A DNA stretch of 62,904 bases, filler included, from Octopus bimaculoides (lineage: Eukaryota), in NCBI RefSeq assembly GCF_001194135.2. It is 7 parts of 6 records of this genome, joined end to end, with 100 filler letters (N's around TTAATTAATTAA, not from the genome) between each part and the next. Parts side by side here need not be neighbours in the genome. Positions count along the whole stretch, not along the records: positions 59,402 to 61,737 come from NC_068999.1; positions 61,838 to 62,904 come from NW_026379861.1; 5 more parts are not named here. One strand, 5' to 3'. The position numbers and the translations under genes are program-made. Under the pieces are notes generated by a model, which was not told where the DNA came from, searched no databases, and was given only the letters and a program-made list of their open reading frames with translations. Below, piece by piece: positions 61,375 through 62,904 of the stretch (within the stretch, counting starts at the first letter, position 1; every line of letters begins with the position of its first letter).

Positions 61375-61615
61375 ATGTATATATGTGTGTGTCTGTGTGT
61401 GTTTATATGTTCGTGTCTCTGTTTGTGCCCCACCATCGATTGACAAACGATGTTGGTGTGTCTACGTCCCCGTAACTTTACGGTTCGGCAAAAAAGCGCG
61501 ATATTATAAGTACTAGGCTTACAAAGTATAAGTCCTAGGGTCGATTTGTTCGAGTAAAAGGCGGTGCTCCAGCATGGCCGAGGTCAATGACTGAAACAAT
61601 GTAAAAGATAAGAAA
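61375..61615 (+). mobile_element. SINE family B, 3' half
   Basis: ccccgtaactt..ggttcggcaaaa..aagtactaggcttacaaag..ggcggtgctccagcatggcc. Confidence 0.8.
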
Positions 61616-61737
61616 AGATTGCAAAATATATACAAGATATATATAAAATAATCTTTTCTTTTCTACTCTAGGCACAAGGCCGGAAATCTTTTTTGTTGGG
61701 GGTATGTATCTATCTATCTATCTATCTATATATATAT

Positions 61738-61837
61738 NNNNNNNNNNNNNNNNNNNNNNNNNNNNNNNNNNNNNNNNNNNNTTAATTAATTAANNNNNNN
61801 NNNNNNNNNNNNNNNNNNNNNNNNNNNNNNNNNNNNN
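61738..61837. other. Artificial join: 44N-TTAATTAATTAA-44N
   Basis: 12-mer at 61782-61793. Confidence 0.95.
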
Positions 61838-62904
61838 TTCATTCCTTCATTCGTACGTATGAACGTACGTACAAACGTACGTTCGTTCGGTCGTTCGTAC
61901 GTACGTACGAAAGTTCGTCGTTCCTTCGTTAGTTTTTTCGTTCGTGCGTACGTTCATTCCATCGTCCGTTCCTTCGTTCGTACGTACGTACGTTCGTTCG
62001 TAAATACGTGCGTATGTACCTACATTCGTTCGTGAGTACGCATGATCCTAAGTACGTGCGTACGTATATAGTCCGTTTGTTTGTACGTACGTTCGTTCGT
62101 TCGTGCATTCGCACGTACGTACGTTCGTTAGTTCTTTCGTTCGTTCGTTCATTCGTACGTATGTATGTATGTACGTACGTTCGTTCGTTCGTTAGTAATT
62201 ACATACGTAAGCGGGAACGATCGAACGAAAGAAAGAAAGAACGAATGAAGGAAAGAACAAAAGAACGAACGAATGAACGTACGAACGAAAGAACGAACGA
62301 TTGAAAGAACGAACCTACGTACGTACGTACGAACGAACAAACGAAGGAATGAACGAACGAATGAACATATGCACGAACGAATGAACGTTTGCACGAACGA
62401 ATGATCGAACGAACAGACGAACGTACGTACGAATGTAAGAACGAACGAACGTATGTACGTACGTACGAAAGAACGATCGAAGGAACGAACGAAAGGACGA
62501 GCGTAAATAAGTATGTACGCACGAACGAATGATCTTACGTACGTACGTACATACGAAGGAACGAACAAATGAACTACCGAACGAACGTACGTATGAACGA
62601 ATGTACGTACGTATGTACGGAAATTGGTACCTAAGTACGTACGTACGAATGAACAAACGAACGTACATACGTACGAACGAATGAACGTACGTGCGTACGT
62701 ACGAATGAACAAACGAACGAACGAACGAATGTACGTACGTACGAACAAACGTACGTAATTAAGTACAAACGAACGAACGAACGAACGAACGTATGTACGT
62801 ACGCATGTACGTACATACGTACGTACGTATTACGAAAGAACGAACGGACGAAGGAATGAACGTACGCACGAACGAATGATCACACGAACAAACGTACGTA
62901 CGTA
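61838..62904. repeat. CpG-rich tetranucleotide mosaic satellite (TTCG/TACG/AACG)
   Basis: The whole segment is built from ttcg, tacg, aacg and aatg words, with a polarity switch near 62200. Confidence 0.95.

Overview
Eukaryotic, AT-rich, repeat-dominated DNA from a gappy draft assembly. The SINE families, RTE/Penelope/mariner content and extreme microsatellite load look like an octopus (coleoid cephalopod) genome; this is inference from recognition, not a search. The window is not one locus. Six artificial 100-nt spacers (44 N + TTAATTAATTAA + 44 N) join seven separate pieces: 1-15046, 15147-30835, 30936-49137, 49238-57199, 57300-59301, 59402-61737 and 61838-62904. I recognise no intact host protein-coding gene, rRNA, tRNA gene or CRISPR array. 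Most ORFs in the supplied track are translations of microsatellites or N runs. Real coding signal comes from decayed mobile elements: Penelope-like elements (GIY-YIG), RTE-clade LINEs (APE+RT), a CR1/L2-type LINE, R4/Dong-type RLE retrotransposon pieces, and Tc1/maT/mariner transposases. There are also many copies of three tRNA-type SINE families and several MITEs. Most interesting observations: (1) a ~290-bp foldback element with an intact minimal type-I hammerhead ribozyme core (27491-27531), plus several decayed hammerhead folds tied to Penelope-type repeats; (2) a C4HC3 PHD finger inside an RTE reverse transcriptase; (3) R4/Dong-type copies embedded in (TACA)n with matching 5' boundaries; (4) two near-perfect hairpins beside a weak candidate exon, one flanked by a 9-bp duplication equal to a splice donor; (5) a CpG-rich tetranucleotide mosaic satellite with a polarity switch. 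All homology calls come from manual translation and motif recognition, and repeat boundaries are approximate.
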